A stretch of DNA of 64,000 nucleotides. Origin: Asterias rubens (lineage: Eukaryota). The DNA is taken from NCBI RefSeq assembly GCF_902459465.1, contig NC_047067.1:19592001-19656000 (forward strand), read 5' to 3'. The position numbers and the translations under genes were made by a program. The notes below the pieces were generated by a model. It made no database searches. It had not been told where the DNA came from and worked only from the letters and a program-made list of their open reading frames with translations. Of the stretch, positions 60,318-64,000 are shown in pieces (the first letter of the stretch is position 1; each line of letters starts with the position of its first letter).

Positions 60318-60495
60318 AGCTTTTACACCCCTGGCCAAAACATCATGGGGTGAAAGGTCATTAGCTTTTACACCCCTGGCCAAAACATCATGGGGTGAAA
60401 GGTCATTAGCTTTTACACCCCATGCCAAAACATCATGGGGTGAAAGGTCATTTACTTCTCCAAAACATCATGGGGTGAAAGGTCATTCACTTCTC
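60318..60495. repeat. 45-bp tandem repeat (about 3 units plus a truncated copy)
   Basis: agcttttacacccctggccaaaacatcatggggtgaaaggtcatt at 60318, 60363 and 60408. Confidence 0.9.
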
Positions 60496-60652
60496 ATGCC
60501 TCTTCATTATGGAATGACTTGTCGGATCATATCAGACTTTCTCTATCAATACCTTTGTTAAAAACTTCCCTCAAGACTCACCTAATGAGGACTGCATAAC
60601 TTGCCTTTCTTTTAATGTGTCGCTGCGCCATGAGTATCTTTAGATGGACACC

Positions 60653-60786
60653 NNNNNNNNNNNNNNNNNNNNNNNNNNNNNNNNNNNNNNNNNNNNNNNN
60701 NNNNNNNNNNNNNNNNNNNNNNNNNNNNNNNNNNNNNNNNNNNNNNNNNNNNNNNNNNNNNNNNNNNNNNNNNNNNNNNNNNNNNN
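60653..60786. other. Assembly gap (134 N)
   Basis: Run of n in SETX intron 8. Confidence 1.
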
Positions 60787-60845
60787 TGTGATTACCAAAC
60801 GTTTACCTTCCCTTTAAAGGACAGATGTTTTTACTATTTAAACAG

Positions 60846-62555
60846 AATTACACCGGTCGATAAGGCAGGTGAGAGTCACTTCAATCAATCCCCTGGTCAT
60901 CGAGAAGATAGAACCAAACTCGACAAGACCCGATTGGTCATCATCAAGCAACATGGAAACGGCTGAAGATTTGTCTTCTGATTTATGCGAGAGTTTTGAA
61001 CGCAACGTTTTCTTGAACGGACACAGACAGCAAATCAAGTGTAAAGAAGAACAGGATGCAGAGATATCCATACCGTCATGTTCGCACCAGTCCACACGTT
61101 ACCCGTCGACCCCTCGCCAGCCGTTTTTGTCTTCCTCAACTTCAAGTTTGTCAGGAAGTCCATCGCCAATGTCTCGGGACAGCTCACGCAAATATCCTAA
61201 AAATAGACTCAGTTGCAAGAAAAGAAACGAGAGGCGACACGTCGTCGCAAATTCCCCTCAAGATGAGGATATGACTCAAATTTCCAAGCCAGATATGCAT
61301 GAGATGAAGCAACTTTTGAAGAAGGAGGAGGATGCGATAAAAGAGACATGCGACCATCAGGATCAAGAGTTTCAGACGAGAGATTGGGATGAGAGTCGAG
61401 TTGTCAATCCAGATATCCAAGAAGTAAAGCAATCTCATAAAGTGGAGGAGGATATGAAAAAAGAAACAATCGACGATCAGGATCAAGAACTTGTGGCGAG
61501 AGATGACAGTGATGAAGAAATGGAACTCTCAGAGAGTAGCCTGAGCCTTCATAAAGACCACACCGAGGGTAGAAGGATTCCCATGATCCGCTCAGATGAA
61601 ATCACAAAGATTGCTGAGGTTGCTCCGGAAGACTCTGCTAGCGATGAGGAGACGCAATTGCCAGAGGAAGTATCAAATCTAATCGCTGACGATAACGAAG
61701 ACAAGGTTTCGACCAACTTAGATAGTGATGATTCTGAGTGCAGTGAGAGCTTGCTGACGCAGAGTTACCCACCGAAAGATGTCCCCCCTCCTTACTCAAC
61801 GGAATCCTTCAATGAAGATAAACCAACAACATCCCAAGTCGTTTGCAACAACCATGTTTCTCAAGACAATCAACTTAGAGACAAATCAACAATGTCTCAA
61901 GCTAGCAGCAGCAACCATAAATCTCCAGGTGATCAAATTGAGGAGCTCACATTGATTTCAGATTCAGCTGACGAAGACATCAAACCAATCCCCGGATTTA
62001 TCAACTTAAAGAGAAAGTCCTCCTTCTCCAGCTCATATGAGGATAGCTCAGTGTTGAGCTTCACAGAAGAGCATCCGGAAGACGATGTGGTTATTGACTT
62101 GGAGAGCTACAATTGCAGCCAACTCTTTGACGAAGACAGATTCAGTCAGCTCACACCTTGCATTGAAATATCGAGTGACTCGGACATCGACCTGGACGCC
62201 CCAGAACCTGAGCTGAACATAGATCTGGAGGCGGTGAAGAAAGAAAAAGAAGACAGTGAGGAACCTGACCCGAGGAGTAACGGGGGGATACTACTGGAGA
62301 GTCAGTCGGAAGGATCCCTGGACTTTGCTCTTCTTCAGAACGACAACGATCATGACTTAATGTGGTACCAGGATGAAGATGGGGATGGGGATGAAGACGC
62401 TAGCAACGATGGGGATGATGAGAAGAGTGCGGAAGAAGATGTCGTTGATGAAGCTAGAGAAGGGGATGAAGAGGATATCGATGATGAAGCTGAAGATGGT
62501 GATGAAGATAGTGGTGATGATGTCTTGCTGGTGGAAGAAGTGCATACCATAAGTT
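60846..62555 (+). CDS. SETX: Senataxin exon 9 (long acidic, low-complexity linker)
   Basis: Acceptor tttaaacAG, 1.7-kb open frame, donor T|GTAAGT. Phase 1-1. Assigned to SETX by phase continuity, not by homology. Confidence 0.8.
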
Positions 62556-63429
62556 GTAAGTGCATATTCACGCTTTAGCTACTTCAATAGCACTTATTTG
62601 ATTTTAGTCCCTAATTGAGCTTTAAAGGCTTTGGGTACCTTTTTAAAATGTCCATAGATTCACATTAAACTTACAGGAAAATTATTTTCATGACATTGTT
62701 TTACTCGATTTCCCAAAACTACATCACCTCGGCACGTAGTATTTTCAGGGAAGCTTTCTACTATCATTATCTTCAGACTGTGTACGTTTAGTGTAAATCT
62801 GTGGACATTGTGTTTTTTGTCCTACAAAAGTTACATAGACCCTTTAAGGGGTTTGGGTACTTTTTGTACGACACAAAACACACATGTCCACAGATTTACA
62901 TAACACTTTCACGATTTGTAGATAATGATGGTAGAAAGCTTCTCTTAAAATATTACTTTTTACTGAGGTGCAATAGTTTTTGAGAAATGAGTAAAACAAT
63001 TTTACAAAAACAATTGTCTCAGTGAGTGAAGAGAAAATTATTTTAGCATGTACAACAGATTTAAGCGTCTCACCTGGAAACAGTGCTCTGTGATTTTCAC
63101 TCTTGTTATTTTTTCTCTCCAAAACTTGTATTACTCATTTCTCAAAAACCTGCAGCACCTCAGCAAATTGTATTTTTAGGGAAGCTTTCCACTTTCATTA
63201 TCTTGAAACCTTTAATCGTTTAAAGTTGAATGTAAATCTGTGTTCTGTGTTGTACTGAAAGTATCCAAACACTTCAAAATAAATTTCAATTTCCGGCCTG
63301 TTTGTCAGCATTGACTTTCAACACTGCTGCTAGCTTTCATTGCACTGTTTGCTGTCTTCGTGCTCACAATAACAACTTGATATCTCAAATATTTTCTTGC
63401 TATTTTTTTTTTTTTATTTCCTTGTTCAG

Positions 63430-64000
63430 CTGAGAGTCAAGAAGAATTTCCTTCGACGGAGCAAAATGACAAACTGACCGCCAAAGCATTTTATGGAAAA
63501 AAGAGACACTTCCCAGATGCCTTCTTTATAGATCGTGAAGGCGACCATGATGATTTCATCGGCGATCAGCAGCCAGTTCCAACGTCAGGAAGATCTGGAC
63601 AAGGAAAGGAGACGGCAGGTTTGACTTGGAAGAGCCTTGAGGCAGAGGCAACGGGCAAGATTAAGAAAATGATCAAACGGAATAAAAAGAAAATAACCAA
63701 AGACAAGCGAAGGCATGCTCAACATGCTTTGAAGCATGCAACCCCTCACAAGGGGACGTTAGGAATTAGTCGAACTGGTGTAGATGAACCATCAACCTCT
63801 AGACAAACAGTAGCTGCACCCAGAGCCCAAGGGTGTTGGAAGTCATCCAGGCAACTGCCTCCAGAATCCACACCTACTGATGCTGAACCGATGAAGACAA
63901 TTGACAGTACTAAACAGCCTATTGTTACTGACACGTTCGTCCTGGACAATAGTCAGACCTACAAGAGACGCAAACTCAGCAACCAGCAGGACGATAAGCC
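63430..64000 (+). CDS. SETX: Senataxin exon 10 (runs off the window)
   Basis: Acceptor tttcccttgttcAG, phase 1. Frame SESQEEFP...QQDDK stays open to 64000. The helicase domain is expected downstream. Confidence 0.78.

Overview
AT-rich invertebrate deuterostome genomic DNA, most likely a sea star. The IGF-type precursor looks like the one I recall from Asterias rubens; this is not database-checked. Five protein-coding loci can be reconstructed by hand from splice signals and reading frames. (1) A 3-coding-exon insulin/IGF-type prohormone on the minus strand (7056->3788, about 348 aa). (2) A plus-strand, about 1482-aa nuclear protein encoded mostly by one 4.3-kb exon, with AT-hook repeats and an LRIF1-like C-terminal coiled coil (33575-38441). 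(3) An intronless rhodopsin-class peptide-receptor-like GPCR (minus, 41636-42961). (4) A probable secreted, about 235-aa protein with a FAMeT-like (Methyltransf_FA) domain (minus, 50400->46540) that the ORF track shows only as fragments. (5) The 5' part of senataxin (SETX; 10 coding exons, 52500->beyond 64000), head-to-head with gene 4. Non-coding DNA is rich in TTAA-flanked Kolobok-type MITEs, Harbinger-like MITEs, tRNA-derived SINEs, degenerate LINE RT remnants, 80-bp and 45-bp minisatellites, and a Penelope-type inverted repeat with degenerate hammerhead-ribozyme cores. There is one assembly gap (60653-60786). No CRISPR array, rRNA or intact tRNA was found. All family assignments are from remembered motifs and need HMM/BLAST confirmation.
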